The notes: generated by a model from the sequence alone, not told the origin. Counted from the stretch's first letter, positions 1-8,086 are shown. The stretch: DNA of 31,656 bases from Candidatus Aphodoplasma excrementigallinarum (GCA_018713805.1 DVOF01000142.1:1-31656), one strand, 5' to 3'. Made by a program: numbers and translations.

Positions 1-25
1 CTATAGTATATAAATAGGATCTATC

Positions 26-46
26 AAAAACGGCTGTGCCGTTTAT
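26..46 (-). terminator. Intrinsic terminator candidate downstream of rubredoxin
   Basis: aaacggc-tgt-gccgttt stem (28-34/38-44); on the minus strand it is followed by a T run; lies 40 nt past the rubredoxin stop. Confidence 0.55.
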
Positions 47-85
47 TTGCAGGCAGGGGTGGCGGTACAGCCGCCCCTGTAGGGG

Positions 86-244
86 TCACACCTGTTCAAA
101 CGCGTCTTTCCCAAGACCGCACACAGGGCATACCCAGTCTTCCGGAATGTCCTCGAACGCCGTGCCGGGAGCAATCCCGCCGTCCGGGTCGCCGACCTCC
201 GGGTCATACACGTAACCGCATGCGCTGCACTCGTACTTCTGCAT
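86..244 (-). CDS. Rubredoxin (52 aa)
   Basis: [43 protein letters not shown] has two CxxCG motifs and the canonical rubredoxin pattern. ATG at 244 has a GGAGGA SD (251-256); the ORF-track start at 277 is an over-extension. Confidence 0.96.
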   Translation of the reverse strand: MQKYECSACGYVYDPEVGDPDGGIAPGTAFEDIPEDWVCPVCGLGKDAFEQV

Positions 245-300
245 GGCAATTCCTCCTTTAATGTATAGTTTTGGCAAAGCAAGCCAACAGGCTTGCTCCT

Positions 301-309
301 ATTATACCA
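301..309 (-). promoter_or_regulatory. Extended -10 promoter element for rubredoxin
   Basis: Minus strand reads TGgTATAAT at 309-301; no good -35. Confidence 0.55.
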
Positions 310-381
310 CAGAAATCGAAAAAGAAAACCCCACAATGAAAATTTTGGCGGGTAATCCGGTTTTGCGGCGGGGATTGCGCC

Positions 382-442
382 TTTACAAATCGTAAATTTT
401 GTGCTATTATATACTTGATTTCGTGTATTATTTGGTTATAAT
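382..442 (+). promoter_or_regulatory. Tandem sigma-A-like promoters upstream of ole
   Basis: TTTACA(382-387)-N17-TATTAT(405-410, with extended TG) and TTGATT(415-420)-N16-TATAAT(437-442). Confidence 0.55.
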
Positions 443-488
443 ATATGGGAATGCAGCATGTGTAGAGCAACGTAAGTGGTATATAAAA

Positions 489-1098
489 TACGGTGGCGCA
501 GTATTCTAGTCAGCTCGGTCTATTCCCAAGACGGGCCTAAAAATCCGTAAAAGGGCATATCGATGAAGTTTCTGGTGCTTGCTTGGAACGCCCAGTTCGG
601 GGCTGGTGCTGGAAGTTAAGGCTTAGGGGCGGTCCGCAACGGCATGCGGGCGCCGAACCCCTTTGCCGCGGAGACCCATGCTTGTGGCTGCCAATGGGTA
701 CGGCATAAGCCGTGCCTAAGTGGTTACGACATGGGGGAGAACCTGCATATCGGTGCATTGGCGCTGGGTGCAGCGTAGCCTGCCTTGCGTGGACAGGGCT
801 GGGATAACGGACAAATCGGTACGGGCCGGCCAACCTATGCCGGTTATCGCTGTTTGAAACCCTGTCTGCAAAAGAGGCCAAGAATAGATTTGACTGCCGA
901 GGAAACCTCCTAGACTGTTGCTCTGCTGATTTGCAAGGGATTGAAATGCGGACTAAGTGGCAATCAGGTCATAAATACGGCAACGTATTTGTAGGACGCT
1001 TGAAAGGGAAACCGCCGCTTTGGCGACGGGGCGGCAGCGTCCTGGGAAAACCTACCTGACCTTAAGCCGCAAAATTTACTTTGCAGGTTGCCACCGTA
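489..1098 (+). ncRNA. ole: OLE RNA (ornate large extremophilic RNA)
   Basis: ~610-nt stretch with no credible ORF, closed by tacggtggc(489-497)/gccaccgta(1090-1098). Nested pairings: gtcag(509-513)/ctgac(1056-1060), gtagg(991-995)/cctac(1051-1055), aggacgct(993-1000)/agcgtcct(1036-1043), and a GCAA-tetraloop hairpin at 973-990. Blocks GCAGTATTCTAGTCAG, CGATGAAGTT and GGACTAAGTGG are recognised from OLE RNAs. It lies directly upstream of oapA-dxs-tlyA, the known OLE context. Ends approximate. Confidence 0.9.
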
Positions 1099-1153
1099 GT
1101 TTATATGCCACTTACTGTTTTATTTTTGTGATGGATTTGGAGTTGAATATTGT

Positions 1154-1780
1154 TTGGGAAAACGAAAGGGCCTTTTCAAGGTCAAAGGTTCGGGACAAAA
1201 TATCAAGGTCAGCCATAAATGGACGGCAAGCGTGACGGTGATGGCGTTTGTGTTCACGGTCGTGCTCAGCGTGGTGACGTCGGGCGCGGAAGGGCTGGGG
1301 CTTACGGCCGCGGCGGCCGTGCTGCTGTTGATCGTCCTGCTGGGCATTGGCTTTGACATTGTCGGCGTTGCGGTGTCGACCGCGAGCGAGGAACCGTTCC
1401 ACGCTATGGCGGCAAAAAAAATCCCCGGTGCGAAGGAAAGCGTCAGAATCATCCGCAGCGCGCAGCAGATATCGAGCCTGTGCAACGACGTGATCGGCGA
1501 TATCGCCGGCATTATCAGCGGCGCCATGACTGCGGCGATCGTGGCGGGTATCGTCGCGCTCACAGGGTGGGGGACGACGTTTTGGAACCTGCTTTTAGCA
1601 GGCGCCGTCGCTGCTTTGATGATTGGCGGTAAGGCGGCGGGAAAAGGCGTCGCGATGAAAAGCAATAACACGATTGTTTTTCTGATTGGACGGCTTGTAT
1701 ATGCTTTGAAGCGTCCTTTTGTAAGGCGCGGTGGCAGCCGCCGCGTACCGCGGGGCAAGAAAAATGGGAAACAGGTGTAA
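1154..1780 (+). CDS. oapA: OLE-associated protein A (DUF21/CNNM-like membrane protein)
   Basis: Several hydrophobic helices; motifs PFHAMAAKK and CNDVIGDIAGIISG; position immediately 3' of ole and 5' of dxs. TTG start, GGAG SD at 1139-1142; start somewhat uncertain. Confidence 0.88.
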   Translation: MGKRKGLFKVKGSGQNIKVSHKWTASVTVMAFVFTVVLSVVTSGAEGLGLTAAAAVLLLIVLLGIGFDIVGVAVSTASEEPFHAMAAKKIPGAKESVRIIRSAQQISSLCNDVIGDIAGIISGAMTAAIVAGIVALTGWGTTFWNLLLAGAVAALMIGGKAAGKGVAMKSNNTIVFLIGRLVYALKRPFVRRGGSRRVPRGKKNGKQV

Positions 1781-1786
1781 TGGGAT

Positions 1787-3682
1787 ATGAAAAAGGGTTT
1801 GGAACAGATAGAGTCGCCGGCAGACCTGAAGAAAATGAATCGGAGGGAGCTCGACGCGCTTGCGGCGCAGATCCGCCAGTTTTTGATCGAGTCCGTGTCC
1901 AAAACCGGGGGGCATCTTGCGTCGAACCTCGGCGTGGTGGAGCTGACGATTGCGTTGCACCGCGTTTTTAACCTGCCGGAGGATAAAATCGTATTTGACG
2001 TGGGGCACCAGTCCTACGTACATAAAATCCTGACCGGGCGGATGGGGCAGTTTTCCACCCTGCGGCAGGAGGGCGGCCTTTCCGGCTTCCCAAAGACGAG
2101 CGAGAGCGAGTACGACGCGTTCAACACTGGGCACAGCTCGACGTCGATTTCCGCTGCGTTGGGGCTTGCGCGAGCACGCGACCTGAAGGGGCAGTCGTAC
2201 AAGGTCGTCGCGCTCATTGGCGATGGCGCGCTGACGGGCGGGCTGGCCTATGAAGCGATCAATGACGCGGGCCACGCGGAAAACGACCTGATTGTCGTGC
2301 TCAACGACAACGAGATGAGCATTGGCAAAAATGTGGGCGGGATTAGCGAATATTTGTCGCGTATCCGGACAAGGCCGTCGTATTTCAAGCTGAAGTCGGC
2401 CACGGAGACCGCGCTGGAAAAGCTGCCGTTCGGCGAGTCGATCGTTGAGTTCCTCCGCCGAATCAAGGACGGGCTCAAGCAGACGTTTATGCAGCAGAAT
2501 ATTTTTGAGGATTTGGGCTTTACCTACCTCGGGCCGGTGGACGGGCATGACATCGGGCGTATGGAGAAAATGTTCGAGCATGCCAAGAACACAAAAGGGC
2601 CTGTGCTGGTGCATGTCTGTACGAAAAAGGGGCATGGGTACCAGCCTGCGGAGGCAAAGCCGCAGACGTTCCACGGGATTTCACGCTTTGACATTGCGTC
2701 CGGCGAGGTGATTCGCGACAAGGTCACGGCGGACTATTCGGCGATTTTCGGGCGGCACCTTTTGCGGCTGGCAAAAGACAATGAAAAAATCGTGGCGATC
2801 AGCCCGGCAATGGCGTCCGGGAGCGGGCTTTTGCCGTTTGCACGCAGCTTTCCAAAGCGGTTTTTCGACGTTGGCATCTGCGAGGCGCATGCGGTAACGA
2901 GTGCGGCGGGGCTTGCAATCGGCGGCTTTATCCCGGTGGTGGCGATTTATTCTTCGTTTTTGCAGCGTGCCTATGACCAGATTATTCACGATGTGGCGCT
3001 GCAAAACCTGCATGTCGTGTTCTGCATTGACCGCGCCGGCGTTGTTGGCGACGATGGCGAGACGCACCAGGGCGTATTTGATATCGCGTTTATGAGCCAG
3101 ATTCCGAACATGGCGGTGCTTGCACCGGCGAGCTTTTATGAGCTGGAGCATATGCTCAAGTATGCGGTTTTGAAGCATAAAGGCCCGATCTGTATCCGGT
3201 ACCCGCGCGGACGCGAGCAGTATAAGGGCACGCAGGTGAAGTTTGTATTTGGAAAAAGCGAGCTTATCAGCGAGGGCGGCGACGTGACGATCGTGGCGGT
3301 CGGCAATCTGGTGCGCTATGCGGCGCAGGCTGCGCAGGAGCTTCTCCGGCAGGGCATTTTTGCCGAGGTAGTCAACGTCCGTACGGTCGTCCCGCTCGAT
3401 AAGGAAACGATCCTGCGCTCCGTGCGCAAAACGGGCGACGTGCTCGTACTTGAGGACGGTGTGGCACGCGGCGGCGTGGGCGACATGGTGGCCCGCTTGT
3501 TAATCGAAAACGGCGTTACGGCAAACTTTGAGGGCCGCGGCTACGATGAATTTGTCGCGCAGGCGAAAGTGGCGCGCATCCACGAAAAATACGGGCTTGA
3601 CACGGCGGCGATTTGTAAATGGGCTGTGCAGGCCGCAGAGAAAAAGCGGGGGTATCAACTTGGCAAAAAAGCGCAGAGCTGA
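1787..3682 (+). CDS. dxs: 1-deoxy-D-xylulose-5-phosphate synthase
   Basis: GGHLASNLGVVELT, FDVGHQSYVHK, TPP motif GDGALTGG...NDN, DRAG, GETHQG; 631 aa. Confidence 0.98.
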   Translation: MKKGLEQIESPADLKKMNRRELDALAAQIRQFLIESVSKTGGHLASNLGVVELTIALHRVFNLPEDKIVFDVGHQSYVHKILTGRMGQFSTLRQEGGLSGFPKTSESEYDAFNTGHSSTSISAALGLARARDLKGQSYKVVALIGDGALTGGLAYEAINDAGHAENDLIVVLNDNEMSIGKNVGGISEYLSRIRTRPSYFKLKSATETALEKLPFGESIVEFLRRIKDGLKQTFMQQNIFEDLGFTYLGPVDGHDIGRMEKMFEHAKNTKGPVLVHVCTKKGHGYQPAEAKPQTFHGISRFDIASGEVIRDKVTADYSAIFGRHLLRLAKDNEKIVAISPAMASGSGLLPFARSFPKRFFDVGICEAHAVTSAAGLAIGGFIPVVAIYSSFLQRAYDQIIHDVALQNLHVVFCIDRAGVVGDDGETHQGVFDIAFMSQIPNMAVLAPASFYELEHMLKYAVLKHKGPICIRYPRGREQYKGTQVKFVFGKSELISEGGDVTIVAVGNLVRYAAQAAQELLRQGIFAEVVNVRTVVPLDKETILRSVRKTGDVLVLEDGVARGGVGDMVARLLIENGVTANFEGRGYDEFVAQAKVARIHEKYGLDTAAICKWAVQAAEKKRGYQLGKKAQS

Positions 3683-4475
3683 TGAAATTTTACTGTCCCG
3701 CGCGCTGGCGGGCGACATTGCAGAGGCGCGCGCGCTGATTATGGCGGGCGTGGTGTATATTGGCGAGGTGCGCTGTGATACGCCGGGGCAAATGCTGGCG
3801 GAGGATGTACATATCGAGGTACGCGACAAAAACCAGAAATATGTCAGCCGCGGCGGGCTGAAGCTCGAAAAGGCGATTAAGACATTTGGCATCGACCTGC
3901 GCGGCGCGGAGGCGATGGACATCGGCGCGTCAACGGGCGGCTTTACGGACTGTATGCTGCAAAACGGCGCGGCAAAGGTGTACAGCGTTGACGTGGGCTA
4001 CGGCCAGCTCGCGTGGAAGCTGCGCGGCGATACGCGCGTGGTGAATATGGAACGGACGAATATCCGCTTTGTGGAGATAGGGCAGCTGGGCGGCCCGCTC
4101 GACTTTGTTTCGGTGGATGTGTCGTTTATCTCACTGAAGCTGATTTTGCCCGTCATGCGGCGGCTTATGAAAGAGACCGGGCAGGCCGCTGTGCTGGTCA
4201 AGCCGCAGTTCGAGGCCGAGCGCGGGCAGGTCGGCGACAAGGGCGTTGTGACCGACCGGGCCGTACATCGGGAAGTAATAGAAAACTGTATCGGCTATGC
4301 GCTGGAAAACGGGTTCGACGTTTGCGGCCTGACGTATTCGCCGATCAAAGGGCCGGAGGGCAACATCGAATATTTGCTGTACCTGCGCTGCGGCGGTGGG
4401 AATTTGGGCGTTACGCCGGGGGAAATCGACGCTGCGGTGGAGGATTCGCATAGGGCGGCTTTGGCGCGGCATTGA
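3660..4475 (+). CDS. tlyA: TlyA-family rRNA methyltransferase (S4 + FtsJ domains)
   Basis: YVSRGGLKL, DIGASTGGFTD, VDVG, LVKPQFE, GNIEY. TTG at 3660 overlaps the dxs end and follows a purine-rich SD; the ORF-track start at 3528 is too far upstream. Confidence 0.95.
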   Translation: MAKKRRADEILLSRALAGDIAEARALIMAGVVYIGEVRCDTPGQMLAEDVHIEVRDKNQKYVSRGGLKLEKAIKTFGIDLRGAEAMDIGASTGGFTDCMLQNGAAKVYSVDVGYGQLAWKLRGDTRVVNMERTNIRFVEIGQLGGPLDFVSVDVSFISLKLILPVMRRLMKETGQAAVLVKPQFEAERGQVGDKGVVTDRAVHREVIENCIGYALENGFDVCGLTYSPIKGPEGNIEYLLYLRCGGGNLGVTPGEIDAAVEDSHRAALARH

Positions 4476-4508
4476 GATAGGCTTTTGGAACGGATAAGTG
4501 GTGATGAT

Positions 4509-4718
4509 ATGTATGCAAAGGATATAGAGCCGAAGTGCGCGCTGTGCCAGCATGGGGAGCCGATCCCCGACACGCTGGACATGCTCTGCAAAAAGTATGG
4601 CGTGGTGCCGTACAACCATTCCTGTAAAAAATTTAAATACGATATTTTCAAAAAGAAAGTGCGCCGCCGCGCGCCGGTCGATACCGGCTATAGTGCGGAG
4701 GACTTTTCGATTGACTGA
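4509..4718 (+). CDS. Small Cys-rich hypothetical protein (69 aa), putative metal binder
   Basis: MYAKDIEPKCALCQHG...LCKK...SCKKFKYD: CxxC plus two further Cys, basic C-terminal half; co-oriented with tlyA and followed by a terminator. Confidence 0.72.
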   Translation: MYAKDIEPKCALCQHGEPIPDTLDMLCKKYGVVPYNHSCKKFKYDIFKKKVRRRAPVDTGYSAEDFSID

Positions 4719-4721
4719 AAT

Positions 4722-4750
4722 AAAGCAGGCCGTTTCAGGCCTGCTTTTCG
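4722..4750 (+). terminator. Intrinsic terminator closing the ole-oapA-dxs-tlyA unit
   Basis: aaagcaggcc(4722-4731)-gtttca-ggcctgcttt(4738-4747) followed by T-rich sequence. Confidence 0.75.
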
Positions 4751-5475
4751 TTTAGTCCGACTATCTCTTTAATCACCTCGCCCGCCAAAAGCAGCCCCGC
4801 CGCAGACGGCACAAAGGACACGCTGCCCGGCGTCTGCCGTTTTTGTACGCAGCCCGTATCCTGCTCCATTGAATCGTGCGCATACGGCGTGAGCGGCGGC
4901 TCCTGCGAATAGACGACCTTGAGCCGTTTGACGCCGCGCTTGCGCAGCTCATAGCGCATCACTTTGGCAAGCGGGCACATCGACGTTTTATAAATATCGC
5001 TTACCTCAAGACGAGCCGCGTCAAGCTTGTTGCCCGTACCCATGCAGCTGATAACGGGCACGCCCGCGGCCTGCGCGCGTTCGATGAGCAACAGCTTAGA
5101 CGTTACGGTATCGATCGCGTCTATGATATAGTCGTAAGCGGTAAAATCGTATCCGTCTGCGTTGTCCGCGCTGTAAAAGACGCGGTGCGCGTTTATGACT
5201 GCGTTTGGATTGATGTCGAGCGCACGCGCCTTCATGACGTCCACTTTTGGCTTGCCAAGCGTGCTGTGCAGGGCGATCAGCTGCCGGTTCAGGTTCGACT
5301 CGCATACGGTGTCCGGGTCGAACAGGTCGAGAATACCCACGCCTGCGCGGACGAGCGCCTCTGCGGCAAACGAGCCCACGCCGCCAATCCCAAATACGGC
5401 GACATGGGCGCGGCTTAGTTTTTGCACACCGCATTCCCCAAGCAGGAGCGCGGTCCGGATAAATTGCTTTTCCAT
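4735..5475 (-). CDS. tcdA: ThiF-family tRNA threonylcarbamoyladenosine dehydratase (TcdA-like)
   Basis: VAVFGIGGVGSFAAEAL, SNLNRQ, IIDAIDT, SCMGTGNKLD, CPLAKVMR, GSVSFVPS. ATG at 5475 with GGAGGT SD (5481-5486). Confidence 0.9.
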   Translation of the reverse strand: MEKQFIRTALLLGECGVQKLSRAHVAVFGIGGVGSFAAEALVRAGVGILDLFDPDTVCESNLNRQLIALHSTLGKPKVDVMKARALDINPNAVINAHRVFYSADNADGYDFTAYDYIIDAIDTVTSKLLLIERAQAAGVPVISCMGTGNKLDAARLEVSDIYKTSMCPLAKVMRYELRKRGVKRLKVVYSQEPPLTPYAHDSMEQDTGCVQKRQTPGSVSFVPSAAGLLLAGEVIKEIVGLNEKQA

Positions 5476-5499
5476 GCTGCACCTCCATATCCTGCATTG

Positions 5500-5529
5500 A
5501 TTGTACCACAGCGGCGTAGGCATTTGCAA
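5500..5529 (-). promoter_or_regulatory. sigma-A-like promoter of tcdA
   Basis: Minus strand TTGCAA(5529-5524)-N18-TACAAT(5505-5500) with extended TG. Confidence 0.55.
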
Positions 5530-5556
5530 GAAAATATGAAATAATCCGGCGCGGAA

Positions 5557-5585
5557 TTGAAAATAATTGACGGGTATGATATACT
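5557..5585 (+). promoter_or_regulatory. sigma-A-like promoter of the GH39 gene
   Basis: TTGAAA(5557-5562)-N17-TATACT(5580-5585) with extended TG at 5577-5578. Confidence 0.65.
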
Positions 5586-5633
5586 GGACACAATAGGGGC
5601 GAAATGTTTATTTTGTGAAGGAGGCATGCCATT

Positions 5634-6947
5634 ATGGAAACGCTAACATTTGATTTGAACAAAAAAGGCGGTAAATTTAAGATTTTGAATGCAACAAACG
5701 GCGGCCCATGGCACAAAAGACACACAAACGACCAGTATCGGAGCAATTTTGACAGTTATAAAGCTGCAAGAATACCGTATTCGAGGAATCATGATTCCGG
5801 TGTAGTGGGAATATACGGCGGCCCGTTCAGCCATGATATTACAAGAATCTTTCCAAATTTTGATGCGGATGCAGAGGACCCTGCTTCGTACGATTTTGCC
5901 TGTACGGACGAATCTATTTTATGCACCCTTGAGGCCGGGACAAAAACTTTTTTCAGATTGGGCCAAACGATTGAGCATCAAATAAAAAAACACGGTATAA
6001 TACCGCCGCCGGATTTTAAAAAATGGGCGGTTATCTGTGAACATATTATCAGGCACTATAACGAGGGATGGGCAGAAGGATACCATCTTGATATCGAATA
6101 TTGGGAGATATGGAATGAACCTGATTTAGACCCGGACGATAGCGCAAACAAGCGTACATGGGCGGGAACCAAAGCCGAATTTTTTAATTTGTACGAAATT
6201 GCGGCAAAACATCTTAAAAATTGTTTTCCCCATCTGAAAATAGGCGGCCCTGCGCTCGCAGGAGATGAAGAATGGGCGGCGGATTTTCTTGCAGAAATGA
6301 GAAAAAGGGACGTGCCTATCGACTTCTTTTCCTGGCATGTGTATGGGTCAACGCCTGATAAAATGATAAAAAAGGCAGAGCGAATAAAAGCCCTCCTGAT
6401 CAAAAACGGATATAAAAATGCAGAAAGTATTTTAAATGAATGGAATTACGTAAAAGGATGGACGGATGAATTTGTATATACCATTCAAATGATTCATGGT
6501 ATGAAGGGCGCGGCATTTACGATGGCCTGTATATCGGAAGCGCAGAAATGTACCGGCATAGATATGCTGATGTATTACGATACAAGGCCGTCGGCGTTCT
6601 GCGGTGTATTTGATTTTTATACCTGGCGGCCGTTGAAGGGATATTACCCGTTCCAATGGTATGGTATGTTTTATGATATGATTGCCGAAATTAGCTGTGA
6701 GTCCAGCATAGATGACATCTATACGCTTTGCGGAGTGGATAAAAACGACAAGGTTCTCTGTGTGCTCACACATTATTCGGACAATGACGCTGCGGGGGCA
6801 AAGTCTGTGAAAGTAGACTTTGGCAGAAAGGGAAAATATGAGATTTATTTTCTTGATGAAAAACATGACGCAGAGCCTGTAGCAATTACGGATAAGCTGG
6901 AGTTAACAATGGTGAACAATTCCTGCGTTATGATCAAAGAGGTATGA
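5634..6947 (+). CDS. Clan GH-A glycoside hydrolase, GH39-like
   Basis: YWEIWNEP (acid/base), KIGGP, DFFSWHVY, ILNEWN (nucleophile); no signal peptide seen; AGGAGG SD. Substrate cannot be called. Confidence 0.85.
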   Translation: METLTFDLNKKGGKFKILNATNGGPWHKRHTNDQYRSNFDSYKAARIPYSRNHDSGVVGIYGGPFSHDITRIFPNFDADAEDPASYDFACTDESILCTLEAGTKTFFRLGQTIEHQIKKHGIIPPPDFKKWAVICEHIIRHYNEGWAEGYHLDIEYWEIWNEPDLDPDDSANKRTWAGTKAEFFNLYEIAAKHLKNCFPHLKIGGPALAGDEEWAADFLAEMRKRDVPIDFFSWHVYGSTPDKMIKKAERIKALLIKNGYKNAESILNEWNYVKGWTDEFVYTIQMIHGMKGAAFTMACISEAQKCTGIDMLMYYDTRPSAFCGVFDFYTWRPLKGYYPFQWYGMFYDMIAEISCESSIDDIYTLCGVDKNDKVLCVLTHYSDNDAAGAKSVKVDFGRKGKYEIYFLDEKHDAEPVAITDKLELTMVNNSCVMIKEV

Positions 6948-7014
6948 TTGTATGGCTGCTGCATAGTATAACCATGCAGTGCCAGGGTAAGGTTTATATA
7001 AAGGAGGAGTAAAT

Positions 7015-7848
7015 ATGCTGCATATTGGCTGCCATCTGTCGGCCGCGAAAGGATATTACCATATGGGGCAGGAGGCGCTCAAGGTCGGTGCGGACACGCT
7101 GCAATACTTTACGCGCAACCCGCGCGGCGCAAGCGCAAAAAAGGTCGACCCGGAGGATATTAAAAAGTTTGTCGACTTGATGGAGGAACACCACTTTGCA
7201 AAAATCGTCGCGCATGCGCCGTACACGCTCAACGCCTGCTCGAAGGACGAGCATCTCCGCGCGCTTGCAAAGCGGATGATGGCGGAGGATTTGGAAACGC
7301 TCGACTATCTCCCGGGCAACTACTATAACTTCCACCCCGGCAGCCATGTCGGGCAGGGGATAGAGGCCGGGATCGGCTACATCTGCGAGGCACTCAACGA
7401 GGTGCTGCGCGCCGACCAGAAGACTACCGTCCTGCTCGAGACAATGGCGGGCAAGGGGAGCGAGGTCGGGTCGCGGTTCGAGGAGCTGCGCTCGATTATA
7501 GACGGCGTGGAGAAAAGCGACAAGCTGGGCGTGTGCCTAGACACCTGCCACGTCAGTGACGCGGGGTATGACATTATCCACGACCTGGACGGCGTTTTGA
7601 ATGAATTTGACCGCGTGATCGGGCTTGACCGGCTCAAGGCCGTGCACTTAAACGACAGCATGAACGTGACCGGCGCACATAAGGACCGTCATGCAAAGAT
7701 CGGCGAGGGGGAGATCGGCGTAGAAGCAATCACGCGCATTATCAACCACCCTGCCCTGCGGGACTTGCCCTTCAATCTCGAAACGCCAAACGATCTGGAA
7801 GGTTACGCCGCAGAGATTAAGCTTTTGCGCGGGCTGTACGAGGCGTAA
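7015..7848 (+). CDS. nfo: Endonuclease IV (AP endonuclease)
   Basis: [31 protein letters not shown] and ETP zinc-ligand motifs. Confidence 0.97.
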   Translation: MLHIGCHLSAAKGYYHMGQEALKVGADTLQYFTRNPRGASAKKVDPEDIKKFVDLMEEHHFAKIVAHAPYTLNACSKDEHLRALAKRMMAEDLETLDYLPGNYYNFHPGSHVGQGIEAGIGYICEALNEVLRADQKTTVLLETMAGKGSEVGSRFEELRSIIDGVEKSDKLGVCLDTCHVSDAGYDIIHDLDGVLNEFDRVIGLDRLKAVHLNDSMNVTGAHKDRHAKIGEGEIGVEAITRIINHPALRDLPFNLETPNDLEGYAAEIKLLRGLYEA

Positions 7849-7883
7849 TTGCCGCGTGCGGGCGGAGATTAGAAAGAAACGGA

Positions 7884-7912
7884 TTGACAAATCGGTTATC
7901 TTGTGCTATACT
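7884..7912 (+). promoter_or_regulatory. sigma-A promoter of FMN riboswitch-ribU
   Basis: TTGACA(7884-7889)-N17-TATACT(7907-7912) with extended TG. Confidence 0.85.
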
Positions 7913-7920
7913 ATTAATAA

Positions 7921-8055
7921 ATAAATGTCTTCAGGGCAGGGTGCAAGTCCCTACCGGTGGTTACAGCCCACGAGCTGCTGCCGATGATATCGGCAGAGCA
8001 GATTCGGTGTGATTCCGAAGCCGACAGTTACAGTCTGGACGAAAGAGGACAAGAG
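7921..8055 (+). promoter_or_regulatory. FMN (RFN) riboswitch aptamer
   Basis: Canonical blocks TCAGGGCAGGGTG..A.TCCC.ACCGGTGGT, AGCCCACGAG, GATTCGGTG..ATTCCGAAGCCGACAGT, AGTCTGGA.GAAAGA; P1 tgtcttc(7926-7932)/gaggaca(8045-8051); upstream of a riboflavin S-component. Confidence 0.97.
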
Positions 8056-8086
8056 CGGCACGCTGCCGCGCCTGTTTGTATGGATT

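Noticed and set aside
537-881. 114-aa minus-strand ORF (and the 71-aa plus-strand ORF 1020-1235) overlapping the OLE RNA
   Set aside because: No SD, no recognisable motif; chance frames in a structured G+C-rich RNA.
1780-1971. 63-aa ORF whose ATG overlaps the oapA stop (TAATG)
   Set aside because: Alternate frame inside dxs with no motif; dxs has its own ATG 7 nt later.
5530-7014. Search for att sites, terminal repeats or target duplications around the GH39 gene
   Set aside because: No convincing flanking repeats or mobility genes seen; not called a mobile element.
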